The position numbers and the translations under genes are program-made. A stretch of 63,703 nt of DNA, filler included, from Vannella sp. (lineage: Eukaryota): assembly GCA_023345925.1 (NCBI GenBank). It is 4 parts of 4 records of this genome, joined end to end, with 100 filler letters (N's around TTAATTAATTAA, not from the genome) between each part and the next. Parts side by side here need not be neighbours in the genome. Positions count along the whole stretch, not along the records: positions 40,755 to 58,137 come from JAJQQN010000728.1; positions 58,238 to 63,703 come from JAJQQN010000292.1; 2 more parts are not named here. One strand, written 5' to 3'. This document shows, piece after piece, positions 49,201 through 62,459 of this stretch (position 1 is the stretch's first letter; each line of letters starts with the position of its first letter). The notes beneath the pieces were generated by a model. It worked only from the letters and a program-made list of their open reading frames with translations, was not told the DNA's origin and did not search any database.

Positions 49201-51099
49201 AGAAGAGCGGTGGCTGGAATTGGATTCTAGTCTTGCAAAAAACCGAGTTCTTGAAGGAGACTTTCTGGAAATCAAAATTGAACCACATTCCATGCCAGTT
49301 CTATATTGTGATCTCGTGGCAGAGAAGGAGTTCCTTGAGCAACAGGCACTCCAACCTGTTGAGGAGGAAGGCGAATCTCAAGAAGATGTACACTGTGAGA
49401 GAGTTGTTCCTATCGTTACTCTGACAGTGGAGGTGGATTTCACAATACCTCTGGTTGATATCATCTTTTCTCAGCTTCTGGGCTCTCTGACCTGCAATCG
49501 GAGAGACGTCCTAGAAGTTCGAATCTCCGAGGCAGGGTCTTGCGAGGATCCTTCTGTTCCTCGTCAGGGGAGGCTACTGCGACTCAGCGAATCTCTTGCC
49601 TTGCAAGGAGTCCAACCAGGAGAGCACGTGTTACACATATTCCGCCTTGAAGAAGGACGTGCTGGTGGAGAGCACGTTCAAGACGACACAAATATTTGGG
49701 AACCTGGCAACAAAAACGACCTGGTGCTGGAGAAACTTAGCGGTGGCAAAGAGATAGTCATTGCAGGGACCCTCAATAGGCTGGTAGAGTATCTCACAAA
49801 CAAGATCGTGGAGGACGCGGACTTTTTGAATGCGTTCTTCTACACTTATCCCATGTTCACTTCTGAGGATGTTCTCTTCAAAAAGTTTGTTCAGCGATTC
49901 CATGTCCCAATGCCAGTGGATGTTGATCATCAGGAGTTTCTGGCTAAAACCAAACGCCCTACACAAGTGAAGGTAGCCAACGCCATCCGACATTGGATAG
50001 AGCGTTGCGGACATACATTTGATGACGACTTGACGCAATCCATTCAACTGTTCGTTACAAACCATCTCGAAACGGAAGATGTTCCACAGTTGGCAGCACT
50101 TGTCCGCTCTGCTCTCACTAAAGTTCAGACTGGAGTAAGACTCCAGGAGATGCGAGCCAGGCAAATCAGCGTTGCCAGGCCGAAATTCAAGTCCGACGTG
50201 ACAGGTTTGAAGTTTGTCGACTTTGACGACGAGGAAATTGCCCGCCAATTGTGCTTGACTGCACAGAATGTATTCTGCGGGATTGGGGTGAGTAGAGCCC
50301 TCTTGTGTCGATAGTTTCTTAACTTCTCCTGTAACTAGCCAACTGAGTTTCTGAATCAAGCATGGACAAAAGCAAAGTTTTTCCATCGATGTGAGAATCT
50401 TCTCGCTGCCATCGAGCGCTTCAACTTGGAGTCGCAGTGGGTCTGCACCATGATTATCACTGTTACCTCCACCAAAGCGAGGGCCAAAGTGATGGCCAAA
50501 TTCATCAATATTGCCAAGGTGAGTACACAAGGCATCGAGAGGCTGACTGCACCACTCACAATGAGCAGCATCTCATGGCTATGCACAATTACAATAGTGT
50601 GATGGCGTTCTTTGCAGCCTTCAGTACAGCTGCGGTCTCTCGCCTCAAATGGACGATGGGCCTCTTGTCAAAAAGGGCGCAGGAGGGACTTCAGGAGATA
50701 GAAAGGTTTATGAGCAATGAGATGAATTACCGGACTTATCGAGCTGCTGTGGCACAAGCGCAATCAGCTTGCGTGCCCTATTTGGGAGTTCATCTTTCTG
50801 ACTTGATCTTCATTGAGGAGGGCAATCCCAAGTACGTGGAAGGCAGCGGCCTCATCAACTTCGAAGGATGCCGGTTCGTCAGTAACGTGATCACATTAAT
50901 GTCAGAGCTACAAGAGAAGCCCTACACTTTCCCTCCCGTTCCTGAGTTACTTAGTCTTCTCAACAAGCTTCCAGTCATGAGTGAAAAGCACTTGTACCAA
51001 TCCTCTCTGAAGCGGGAACCTCGAGGCCAAACTCCTCCCGATCTGGTGGACAGCGCCACCGGCAAGAAGTTGGGAGGCCTTCTTCGTCAAGATAAATAA
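46292..51099 (+). CDS. Large RasGEF (REM + CDC25) with N-terminal ubiquitin-like repeats
   Basis: IAGTLNRLVEYL, FLNAFFYTYPMF, EIARQLCL, CVPYLGVHLSDLIFIEEGNP..GLINF. Three short introns. Confidence 0.88.
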
Positions 51100-51201
51100 G
51101 ACCTCCCCTGTCCCTTCCCTCTTGGTCCCTTCCCCTCCCCTGTTCCTTCCTTCTTGCTCCCTTCCCTTCCCTCCCATTCCCTCCTGAAGGCATTTGTTGG
51201 G

Positions 51202-52775
51202 ATGCGAGTGGCAGTGGCGGCGGCCTTTTTGGCTGTTGTTTGGTGTGCGCAGGCCCAAGTCACTGCGGATGAGATCACCAACCTCCCTGGTGTGGTAAGT
51301 ACGATAAGGTATGAGAATGGCTCTCACATTGGGCTTGAAGAGTGCGCCTCCCTCCTTCAAGCAGTACGCTGGTTACATGAACGTCACCGGCTTTGGCCAG
51401 ATGTTCTATTGGTTTGTAGAGAGCCAAGGCAACCCCGCGAAAGACCCTGTTGTTCTTTGGCTGAACGGAGGTGCGTCCGAGTCGTGTTGTTCCCGAGTTC
51501 CCTCTCTGACGCGCTCGGTCAGGCCCAGGTTGCAGCAGCCTCGGAGGACTGTTATCAGAGAACGGACCTTGGTTCCCTGACAGTAACTTGCAGCTTCAAG
51601 CCAATCCTTACTCTTGGAATCGCATTGCAAACGTTCTTTACGTGGAAAGTCCTCCCGGGTGGGTCTGACCCCTCTCCTTGCCTCTTCCAATGGTTGTCAT
51701 GGACTTATACGAGAGGTTAGAGTTGGCTTCTCCGTCAACGAGGCTCCCTTCTTGATCTACACGGACAATCGGACGGCGGAGGCGAATTACGAGTTCCTTC
51801 AGGAGTGGTTCTCCGCTTTTGCTCCTTTTCAAAGCAACGACTTTTGGATTACCGGAGAGTCTTACGCTGGACACTACATTCCCACTCTTGTTGACCGTAT
51901 CCTGGCCCAGGAAGGAGTTCCGGGGCAAATCCCTCTTCAGCTTCAGGGCATTGCCATCGGCAATCCTTCTACTGACTTTAAGTATGACACTGGAAAGCTC
52001 TACGATGATTACTTGTAGGTTCCCTCATCTTGTCACGTTCTCTGTCTCAAGTGGAACAGCACTTCTCATGGGTTGACCTGTCTCGATGCCACTTTGGACG
52101 GCAAGTACACTGGTGTCATCAATCCCTATGATATTCTAGCAGACGTTTGCTACGATGTCTCTTTGTCGAAGAGGATTCGATTCCCCAGCAAGACTGTCGA
52201 CCAAGTAAAGCTGCGACTGAAAGCGAATAAGGACATGATCCAGAAGCGCTGGGTTCCTGAGCAACCGCCTTGTATTGAGGATTGGATGTCCAGCTACTTG
52301 AATGTAGGCAACTAACTTTGACTTGCCGCACTCGATTGACCCAATTAATTGAATTTAGCAAGAGTCTGTCCAAGCAGCCATTCATGCCAAGCCCACCACT
52401 TGGTCTCAGTGTGGAGGGCCTCTTTATCACTTTGGACAAGAGTCAATCATTCCTTTTTACCAGGAAATCCTCTCCAAAAGCAAGTTGCGGGTTTTCATTT
52501 ACAGTGGTGACGAGGACACCGTATTGCCATTCATTGGAACCGAGCAGTGGGTTCTGGACCTGAAAATGCCTGCTCAAAGTGTATGGGGACCTTGGTATTC
52601 AGAATGGGCTGGAAATGGACCTCAAGTTGCAGGATATTGGATTGATATGGGCAAACTCTGGTATGCCACTGTCAAGGGTGCAGGGCACATGGTCCCTTGG
52701 TATCAGCCAGGAGCTGCGTTTGATCTCTTCTCTCGCTTCATTAGCGGCCAATCCTTGCGACTAGGAACCGCTTAA
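51202..52775 (+). CDS. Serine carboxypeptidase S10 family
   Basis: Signal peptide, [41 protein letters not shown]. Five introns. Confidence 0.93.
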
Positions 52776-52900
52776 ACTCAAGAATCCTTGCCATTTACTA
52801 CTTCATTCACTGACCTAAATCTCCTGGAAACCTTCTTTTGAACAGCTGGAGGCTTTGGGATGTAAACGCATGGAACAACAAGTTTTCATTTGAAAGGGGT

Positions 52901-54139
52901 TCACATCGTATCGGTGCGGTGAGGGCGAGGGTGAGGGCGGATGTTTCGGGGTTGTTCATTGCTTGAGAGTTGGTAATCTTCAAAGGAATGATCATCCTCC
53001 GCGATTAATCTCTGCAAAGCTTCAAGCTCAGCTTCTTGGTCACTTCCAGAACGAGATTGAGTTTGGTCCTCGGAAGGAGATTCTGCCTTATTCCAGGTCT
53101 GGACATCCAAGCGAGTGGCTGCATAAGAGGTTTTCTTTTTCCTCCTAAAACTTCCACTATCTGGAACATCCATAGCATTTAAAGACGACGAGGGAAGGTC
53201 TCCTCGGCGCCTGATATCTCCATCTATTCCCCGCGGTTGGAATCTTTGGGCAAAAGACTTTTCAGTCAACGTCTTTGCTCTTTCTTGTTGCGACTTATTG
53301 ATGCCATGGCAGTGGAGTAGTTGAAGGACTGGGATATCCAGTTCCCTCAATGATTTTTCGTCATCCCGACTGATAACAAGATCTTCAATGGATTCCTGCG
53401 TGCCACAGCCATTCATTTCAATCACAAGCGTATTCTTCATAGGAGAGTTTCTTACCTCTTCTCCTAAGCGGCGCTTTGTGAATTGCAACTTCTCAATGAC
53501 CAATCCGTGTGTCTTTTTCAACTCTTCGTTGAGTTGCTGTTTAACCGTGGCTATAGTCGAGTCTTTCCCATTGTTAGATGTGCTCTAGGGTTGGTTTAAA
53601 TACCTACCTGGAGAAAAAGTGAGGATAGCCATCTTCTTCCGGTTGTAGAGAAAGTGGAGAGTTATCAAATTAGCCTGTTGCAAGGCACTATCTCGCTTCC
53701 GAAGCTCTTTGACGCTGATGGATTGGATGTTACGGAACTCATCCGGAATGGCTTTGTGAGCTAATGCAGATGGAGGAGCAGGGGCAGGGGTGACTTGGAG
53801 AGAAGGAATCGTGTCTGGACCCGCTGCTCGGGACAGAGAGCGGCTCTTTCTCCTATATTTTCGCATTGTGGGCGATAAGGATAAGTTCCCTGGCAACACC
53901 AACTCCATTTGGTTCACTCTCGGTTGCTGTGAGAGAGCCGATTGAACGAGGGCCATAGACGGTGCACTGTGAGAGGAAAGGCTTTGAAGCAACATCTGCT
54001 CCACCTTTTGTTCCAGCCTCTCTAACCTCCTATGGATGTCGCTCACTGCTGAATCGATGATGCTCTTCATCTTGGGGAGAAGTAGAGCGCTGACAGCAGC
54101 AGCGATCTCCTGAAGGTCAGCCCCTCCCAGACCGGCCAT
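52901..54139 (-). CDS. Hypothetical protein with N-terminal coiled coil and possible ubiquitin-like segment
   Basis: Two ORFs joined by intron 53563-53607, giving ITLHFLYN..FSPDSTIATVKQQL. Confidence 0.6.
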
Positions 54140-54317
54140 TTCAAATGGCTCACTTCCAGGCCTTTCAGAATTGATCGTTCATTTTAAGTCACACGAAACA
54201 AGCTGGGAAATAGATCATAATGTGTGGTTGAAAGGGTTCTGAGAACTTTCCTGGTTGCTCATTGGTCAGTTGCAAAAGCTGTGGTTGGTCCACTCAAGAT
54301 CACTTCTTGTTGCCGTC

Positions 54318-57300
54318 ATGGAGAAAGGTACGCAACCCACTCCCTCGCGCTCCTCTTCTTACCGTTTTGTTGCAGTTCCAGAGCGGTTGAACTTTGCTCA
54401 AACGGAAGAGGAAATCCTCTCCTTCTGGGAGGAGATCAACGCCTTCCAGACTTCTTTGGAGCTCTCGAAGGGCAAGCCTCTCTACACCTTTTATGATGGA
54501 CCTCCTTTTGCTACTGGTCTACCTCACTACGGTCACATCCTGGCTGGTACTATCAAGGACACTGTGACGCGATTCTTCTCCCAAAAGGGCTTCCACGTGC
54601 CCCGCCGATTTGGTTGGGATTGCCACGGCCTCCCCATCGAGTTTGAGATTGAGAAAGAGCTTGGTATCAAGGTAAGTGCAAAGTGCAAGTCTTTTGAAGG
54701 GTTCCCTTCTGATCAACTTTCTCCTTTCCCAGACCAAAGACCAGATCCTCGAGTATGGCATTCCCAACTACAATGCTCAGTGCCGCGGTATCGTGATGAA
54801 GTACTCTGAAGAGTGGAAGAAAGTGGTGACCCGTTTGGGCCGTTGGATCGACATGGAGAACAACTACAAGACGATGGACGCTCCCTTCATGGAGAGTGTT
54901 TGGGCCATCTTCAAACGCCTTTATGATGCTGGTTATGTCTACCGTGGTGTGAAGGTGCTTCCCTACTCCACCGGCTGCACCACTCCTCTCTCCAACTTTG
55001 AAGCGGGGATGAACTACAAGGATGTCGGAGATCCTGAGCTTTACGTTAGCTTTGTGGACGCTGAGGACCCCAAGGTTCAGTATCTGGCTTGGACTACCAC
55101 CCCCTGGACACTCCCCAGCAACTTGGCTTTGTGTGTGAACCCGACAATGATCTACGTGAAGGTGGAGGATAAGAGCAATGGATCCCATCTTGTGTTGCTC
55201 AAGTCACGCCTGGATGTTATTTTCCCAGTGCCCAAGAAGAAGGGCAGCAAGCCTGAAGCTCCCTACACCATTCTTGAGGAGTTCCCTGGAGAGTCCTTGC
55301 GAGGAAAGCGATACCTTCCCCTCTTTGATTCGTTTAAGGACCATCCTGAAGCGTTCCAAATCCTTGTCGGCTCGTACGTCAAGGCTGACAGCGGCACAGG
55401 AGTGGTCCATCAAGCTCCTGGCTTTGGTGACGAGGATTACAAAGTATGTCTCAAGAATGGAATCATCACCAAAGGAGGTTTCATTCCCTGTCCAGTGGAT
55501 GAGAGTGGACGCTTCACCTCTCAGGTCAAAGAGTTTGCTGGAATTTATGTCAAAGACGCTGACAAAGACATCATCAAGTTACTGAAGGAGCAAGGCCGGG
55601 TCTTCCGCACTGGTACCATTACTCACTCTTATCCTTTCTGCTGGAGATCTGACTCTCCACTTCTCTACAAAGCTGTTCCTGGCTGGTTTGTGTCCGTCGA
55701 AGACGTCAAAGAAAAGTTGTTGGCCAACAACTTGAAGACTCGCTGGGTACCTGAGTTCATTCAGACCAAACGTTTCGCTAACTGGTTGAGCGATGCTCAT
55801 GATTGGGCGATCTCCCGCAGTCGATACTGGGGAACCCCTTTACCAATCTGGGCCAGTTCGGACTTGGAGGAATTCGTTGTGATTGGTTCCATTGCTGAGC
55901 TCAAGGAACTCAGCGGAGTGGAAATAACCGATTTGCATCGAGAAAGTATCGATCATATCGTCATTCCTTCCAAGCAGGGTCGCGGAGATCTTCGCCGTAT
56001 TGAAGACGTCTTTGACTGCTGGTTTGAAAGTGGAAGCATGCCTTATGCCCAGGCTCACTATCCCTTCGAAAACGCGGAAGCTTTTGAAGAGGGCTTCCCA
56101 GCTGATTTTGTTGCTGAGGGCATTGACCAAACCCGTGGCTGGTTCTACACTTTAATGGTGATCTCTACCATGTTGTTCGACAAACCAGCCTTCAAGAATC
56201 TCATTGCTAACGGTCTTGTTCTGGCCGAGGATGGCAAGAAGATGAGCAAACGGCTCAAGAACTACCCTGATCCAACTCTTGTTGTGAACGAGTTTGGGGC
56301 GGATGCACTTCGTATGTATCTTGTTAATTCGCCGGTCGTTCGTGGAGAAACTCTTTGCTTTAAGTCATCTGGCGTGCACGGGATCATCCGTGATATGCTC
56401 TTGCCCTGGTTTAATGCTTATCGTTTCTTGGTGCAGAACGTTCACGAATACGAGAGCAAGAGTGGGTCTCGCTTTTTGCCCAACGTAGAACTTGCTCTCC
56501 AGTCCTCCAACTTGATGGACAAATGGATCTTGGCTGCAACTCAGTCCCTCATTGCCTTTGCTACGGAGGAGCTTGAATCGTATCGCCTGTACACGGTTCT
56601 TCCCAGGCTGGTTAACTTCATTGAGCAACTCACCAATTGGTATGTGCGATTGAACCGGAAACGTCTCAGGGGAAGTGGATTGGAAACGGCTGAGCATTTG
56701 GCTGCCTTGAATACTCTCTTTGAGGTGTTGCTTACCCTCACAAAGACGATGGCTCCTTTCACTCCCTTCTTCACTGAGTATGTTTACCAGAATCTGAGAA
56801 GGTGTCTGCCTGATGATGCTCCACGGAGTGTTCACTTCTGTGATTACCCAACTCCCAAACAAGATGCTGTCAACTCTGAGATTCAAGTCTCTGTTTCCCT
56901 AATGCAGTCTGTAATTGAGTTGGGGCGTTGCGCCAGAGAGCGGCGTAAGATTGCTCATCGCCAACCTCTCGATGAGGTTCTCATCTTCCTGCAAAATACT
57001 GCTGACGAGGCCAAATTGGAGTCCGTGAAGGATGTCCTCTACGATGAGCTCAATGTGAAGCGCATCACCTTTTCCGAGGATGCTTCTCTTTTGACGTACA
57101 TTGCCACTCCAAACTTTTCCGTTCTTGGGAAGCGATTGGGTAAGGATATGAAGGTGGTCGCTTCCGCAGTCAAGGACTTGTCTCAGGAAGGCCTGAAGAT
57201 CTTCATGGCCACTGGGAAGGTGGAATTACACGGTCACGTTCTCACTTCCGAAGACATCCAGGTCAATCGCTCATTTGTGGGAGATCTTGCAATCTACGAG

Positions 57301-57672
57301 CCTTCGAACAACACTACCGACATTGCGGCACACCCTTTGGTCAGCATTGCTGTCAACGTTTGCATTACTCCTGAACTGGTCAAGGAAGGCGTAGTTCGCC
57401 ATCTGGTGAATCGAGTTCAACGCTTGCGCAAGGAAAGCGGCGTTCTTGTCTCAGATAGCATCCAGATCTACTATCAGGCGGTTGGTGACCTTCAGATCCT
57501 CCTCGAAGCCAACCAAGACTTCATCCACTTGCGTGTGGGTAAGCCTTTCCTGCCCCACAGTTCCAAGCCAGATAGCGCCAACGTCGTCGGTCAAGCCAAG
57601 TACCAATGTGAACTCGAGGCTCAGGAGTTACTGGGAAACCAAGAAGTTTCTCTGGAGATTGTCCTCAATTAG
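54318..57672 (+). CDS. IARS1: Isoleucyl-tRNA synthetase, cytosolic
   Basis: [60 protein letters not shown]. Two 5' introns. Confidence 0.97.
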
Positions 57673-57784
57673 TGGAGCCAACTTGCCCCTTCTATGGAAT
57701 CGCGTGGCTTCTTTGGACCAAGTTTAAAGCACTCTAAATGCTTCTCTACTTTCTGGCGTTTTTACTGATCTACTACCTCACTTC

Positions 57785-58030
57785 TTGTCTGGCAGACAGC
57801 TCTCCTTCCCTGAGAACGCACTCGACGATGGAATGGTAGTCAAGTTGAGTGCGTTCTCAGGCTATCAAGCGGAAGACGTATCATTCATTGGGATGCCTTT
57901 GGGCCATCACACGCTCCTCTCCCTTGAAGGGGACCTTTGGGCTTTTGGGGGATTAGCGAGGGCCAACTGGGTCTCGGTCACAAGAATGAGCAATAGAAGT
58001 CTGCAATGGGAACACCTCCCTCATTCTTGA
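57785..58030 (+). pseudogene. Degraded RCC1-repeat fragment
   Basis: HTLLSLEGDLWAFG followed, after a frameshift, by EGQLGLGH and a stop. Confidence 0.55.
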
Positions 58031-58137
58031 CGCGTTAGGGTCAATAGTGAAAAAACGACCATTGACACCCCTGAATGGCCGTTTTTGCGCAGTTGCAAGT
58101 GAGCAAGCCATTTATTGCCAATAAAGGATCCCCTTTT

Positions 58138-58237
58138 NNNNNNNNNNNNNNNNNNNNNNNNNNNNNNNNNNNNNNNNNNNNTTAATTAATTAANNNNNNN
58201 NNNNNNNNNNNNNNNNNNNNNNNNNNNNNNNNNNNNN
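58138..58237. other. Artificial contig-joining spacer
   Basis: N44-TTAATTAATTAA-N44. Confidence 0.97.
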
Positions 58238-58420
58238 CCACAATTTTTTCGATGGAGGTAGCATTTCCCACCGCTTCTTGTTGCTTCTTGTTGCTTAGCG
58301 ATAACCATCCCTGCAGCGAATAACCAACGCCAAAAAAATACCACCAAGAAAAAGAAAAGATTTTTCTGTCCCACAATGACTCCCCATTTTCTTCCCCGTT
58401 TGGGGAAAGTCATCTCTGAA

Positions 58421-58535
58421 GCACCCAAAACTCAAAAAATGAAATCAGCCCAAAAGCTTATCCTGAAGAGATGGAGGTCATCACTCATCAGGAAACTCGC
58501 AAACACGATTTTTGGATCTCTTCCCCTTCGCCGTG
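58421..58535 (+). repeat. Dispersed repeat family copy
   Basis: Collinear with 40541-40654: ACCCAAAACT..CCAAAAGCTTATCCTGAAGAGATGGAGGTCATCA..GCAAACACGA..CTCTTCCCCTTCGC. Confidence 0.8.
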
Positions 58536-58638
58536 TTCCAGCTTCTTGACCTTTTAGTCAGAGATTAAAAGGATAGGATGGCGTGTAAACTGTCTATTGA
58601 TTGGTCCTGTGAAAATCAGGAGGAATAGGAAGTTGCTG

Positions 58639-61600
58639 TTAGTCCTCTTTAGAGTGAGCGCCGGCCATGCGAATGCGTGGGGCGATCATCATTGCCATGA
58701 GCTCTGAAAGAGAGTTAGAGAGGATCTGTAGATTCAGTAACCCAGTGAACATACCTTGGAACAGCAGCTTGCAGGCGTACGGAATGTGGACCTGGGAGAT
58801 CTTTGAGTTGTTATTGCAAGCTCTGCAATTGAAGGTGGTCGCATTGGTGTGCGTGCAAATCAGTCCACACAAGTCACAAACGTGCACACGGTACGCATCT
58901 GAACTGTTAAAGAGGCGCTCTTTCAAGAAGTGAGCAGCTCCATGCGCAATAATGCAATCGCGCTCCATCTCTCCGAACCGAAGACCGCCTCCTCGGGCAC
59001 GACCTTCAACAGGCTGGCGTGTGAGTCCCTGGACAGTTCCACGAGCTCGAGAATGGATCTTATCGTCCACCATGTGCTTCAGGCGCTGGTAATAAGTCGG
59101 CCCGATGAAGAGGTGGGACTCCAGCTTCCGCCCAGTATGCCCATTGTAAAGAACTTCGTTTCCAGTGCGTTGGTAGCCGTCTTCATGAAGGCACTGACTG
59201 ATGGACTTGTTATCCGGATTGGTGTCGTTGGAGTCTTTCTCGACCATCAGGTCGCGCTGGAAGGCCGTTGCATCACCGAGGTTGCCCCGACAGCATGATG
59301 TCTTGCCCATGAGACATTCGACAAGCTGCCCGATGGTCATGCGACTGGGAATGGCGTGGGGATTGATGATCAAGTCAGGTGAGATGCCTTCCACAGTAAA
59401 TGGCATGTCCTCTTGACGATAAGTGATTCCAATGGTTCCTTTCTGTCCATGACGAGAAGAGAACTTGTCTCCAATCTGAGGAATTCGGATGGAACGCACC
59501 CGGACCTTGACAAACGAAGCCAAGATGTCCTGTTGAGTAACCATCACAGTGTCAACCACTCCTGTTTCAGTGGCCTTCAGCACAATACTCTTGTCTTTGG
59601 AAACACTAGTCTTCACTTGAGGATCATCAGAGTCGACAACTTCCATAATGTGAACCTTGCCGATAATCACATCTTCCCCAGTCACACGTGTTCCTGGGGC
59701 TACAAGACCATCCACATCCAATTTGTTGTAGCGAGCAAAGTGCTTGGAGCTGCTGACGTTTTCTCCAGGAATCTCGAAGGTCTCCTGGGACTTGGGATCC
59801 AATGCTTCACAGTAGGTACGGTAGAAGATAGATCTGAAGAGGCCCCGATCAATAGAAGATTGGTTCATGATGATGGAGTCCTCCTGGTTGTACCCAGAGT
59901 AGCATGCCACAGCCACCACACAGTTCTGGCCTGCTGGAAGCTGCTTGAAGTACAGGAACTCCATGGCCTTTGTCGTAATCAAGGGCATTTGAGGATAGAA
60001 GAGCACGTGAGAAGTGGTGTCCAACCGGAGCTGGTAGTTGGAAGCGTAGATTCCCATGGCCTGCTTTCCCATGGCTGATTGGTAAGTGTTACGAGGGGAC
60101 TGGTTGTGATCCGAGAAGGGAATGATAGAGGCGCACACGCCAAGAATCATGGCAGGATTGATCTCGCAATGGGTGTAAGTGAATCCTGTGCTGTGATTCT
60201 TCAGTTCGTCAATGCTCATGCAGATCATGATCGTTTCCTCCTCGAGAGTGTCGATGAATTCGACGACGCCACTTGCCAAGAGGCCCTTCCAAGGGAGCTT
60301 CAAGTGTTCTTTCTTAAGAACAAGGTGGTTGTCGTGAACCACAAATAAGGGCCTGCACACACGACCTGCGTCAGTGTAAATGCGAATCTCTTGATCACGC
60401 AAACTCTGCGCAATCGAAGTTTCTATCGGCACCTGCATTTCTCGGCGATATCCCCGAAGCGACTCCACGATATGCTCACTCCCTGAACGGATGATGCCAA
60501 TCCAAGATCCATTCACAAAGACCTTGGATCCTTCAGCCACATCAGAAGGGTTGCTCTCTTCAAGGGAGTCGAGGTTGTAACTGTCAAGGACTTTGATAAC
60601 ATATTCTGATGAAGAACCAACAGAGATGTGGGACATCAGTGCCAGATTCTTGACCAGACCACATGCTTGCCCTTCAGGCGTCTCAGCAGGACAGATCATG
60701 CCCCAGTGAGTGTTGTGGAGCTGGCGAGGCTTCGCAACTTTGCCCTCACGACCAAGCGGAGTGTTCAGTCGACGCAAGTGAGAGAGAGTGGAGGCAAAGG
60801 TGAGTCTGTTCAACACCTGGGACACGCCAGATTTGCTGGGTTCCTTGCGGTCAGCGCCCCAGTTCCCTGTGCTAATGCAGTATTTGATACTTGTGGTGAT
60901 GACACTAGAATCAGGCACAATGGAAATCGTCTCCTTGGACTTGTTGTTCTTTAGCTGATCTCTCACTCCTTTGGTGACCACTGAGAAGAGCTGCCGCATC
61001 AGTCCTGCCAAGAGGGGACCAGCAAGATCCAGTCGCTTGTTTCCAAAGTGGTCGCGATCATCGACTGGGCGACGGTCAAGAGCGACTGTGAGCAGACGAT
61101 GCACGATGTAACCCAGAAAGTAGGCCTTTCTGGTGGGAGCCTCCTCCGTACTGACGTGAGGTAGCATTTCGCTCCTAAGGGTCTTCATACCAATGCGTTC
61201 TCGATCCTCCTTCGTCGGTGCTTTGGGCTTGTCTGACTGACAACGGCGCCCGATGTAGTCCAAGGCGAGTCTTTGGTCTGAGATTTCAGCTGCCTCCTTG
61301 AGGGAGGGCTCGATCAGGTTCATCATCGCTGTGTCATCTTTGGAGTAGCAGATGTGATCAATGATTCCCTTATCAGACAAGAAGTCGAGAGCACGGAAGA
61401 CCACCACCATCGGTACTCCTTGCCCGGATGCCGTTCGGACATACGGGATCTCTGCTTCAATCGTAGAGGGTTTGTTCGTTCGTGCACGTGTCATACGCAT
61501 GTAAAGAGTCGATGTGGGACGGCTTCCTTCTGCGGGGCAGGAGCGGATCTCCGCCGAATAATCAAACTTGGAAGGCGCCGTCCTCTTGAAGACGTAAACC

Positions 61601-62257
61601 TAAACAGACTATCAGCTTAACACGTTGTGAAGAGGGAAAGGCGAGACGGACCGTGTTGTTACTCATCTTCTCCTGGGCGACGAGAACCTTCTCTGAACCG
61701 TTGATGATGAAGTAGCCTCCCTGGTCATACGGGCACTCTCCAAAGGCGATAGAGTCAATCTCGGTACCATCACGCTTAATCAGGTTGCATGACTTGGACT
61801 TGAGCATGACGGGGATGCTTCCGAGAGCAACTGTGGTGTTTTGGGATTTCAGCTGGGTGCGGATCCTCTCCTTCTTGACAGTTGTGATTTTGAAGACCTT
61901 GTAGTCAACAGCTGCAAAGAGCTTAAGGGAGTAGGTGAGGTTGCGAAGGCGCGCTTGGTTCGGGGTGAAAAGAATATCCCCGTTGACACCGTCACCAGCA
62001 TCGTGGGTTGGAGGGAAGATGGAGGCACCTCCAAACTTGATCTCATGCTCCAAACATTGTCGCTCGTTAGTGACAGAGTCAAAGGAGTCTGGATCATCGG
62101 TTATGATAGGAGGCGAGTCGGAGATGAGCTCGTTGATAGTACGCTCAATGAACTCATCGAAAGACTCAATTTGCTGCCTCACCAGACCCCTATCCCTGAA
62201 GAACGAACGAACCACCTCCCATGTCTGCTCCTCGGTCTCGATTTCATTGTTGTCCAT
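58639..62257 (-). CDS. RPB2: RNA polymerase II second largest subunit
   Basis: GLVRQQIESF, DQGGYFIINGSEKV, ETPEGQACGLVKNL, GDKFSSRHGQKG, GGLRFGEMERD. Two introns. Confidence 0.98.
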
Positions 62258-62459
62258 GGGAGGCCGAACGCTGGGCGCTCGCTTCCAAAAAAATGACCAA
62301 ATTTACTTCCCTTTGACCTCAAGTTGTCCACAATTTCTGGACGGGATTCTGGGACTGAACATTGTTCTGGGAAATTATTAAAAGCTCCTCTCCCTCAAAG
62401 GCTTTGGATACAACACGGCCTTTGGGCAATTTGGTTCCATTCTCATTTCGGCCCTCAGG

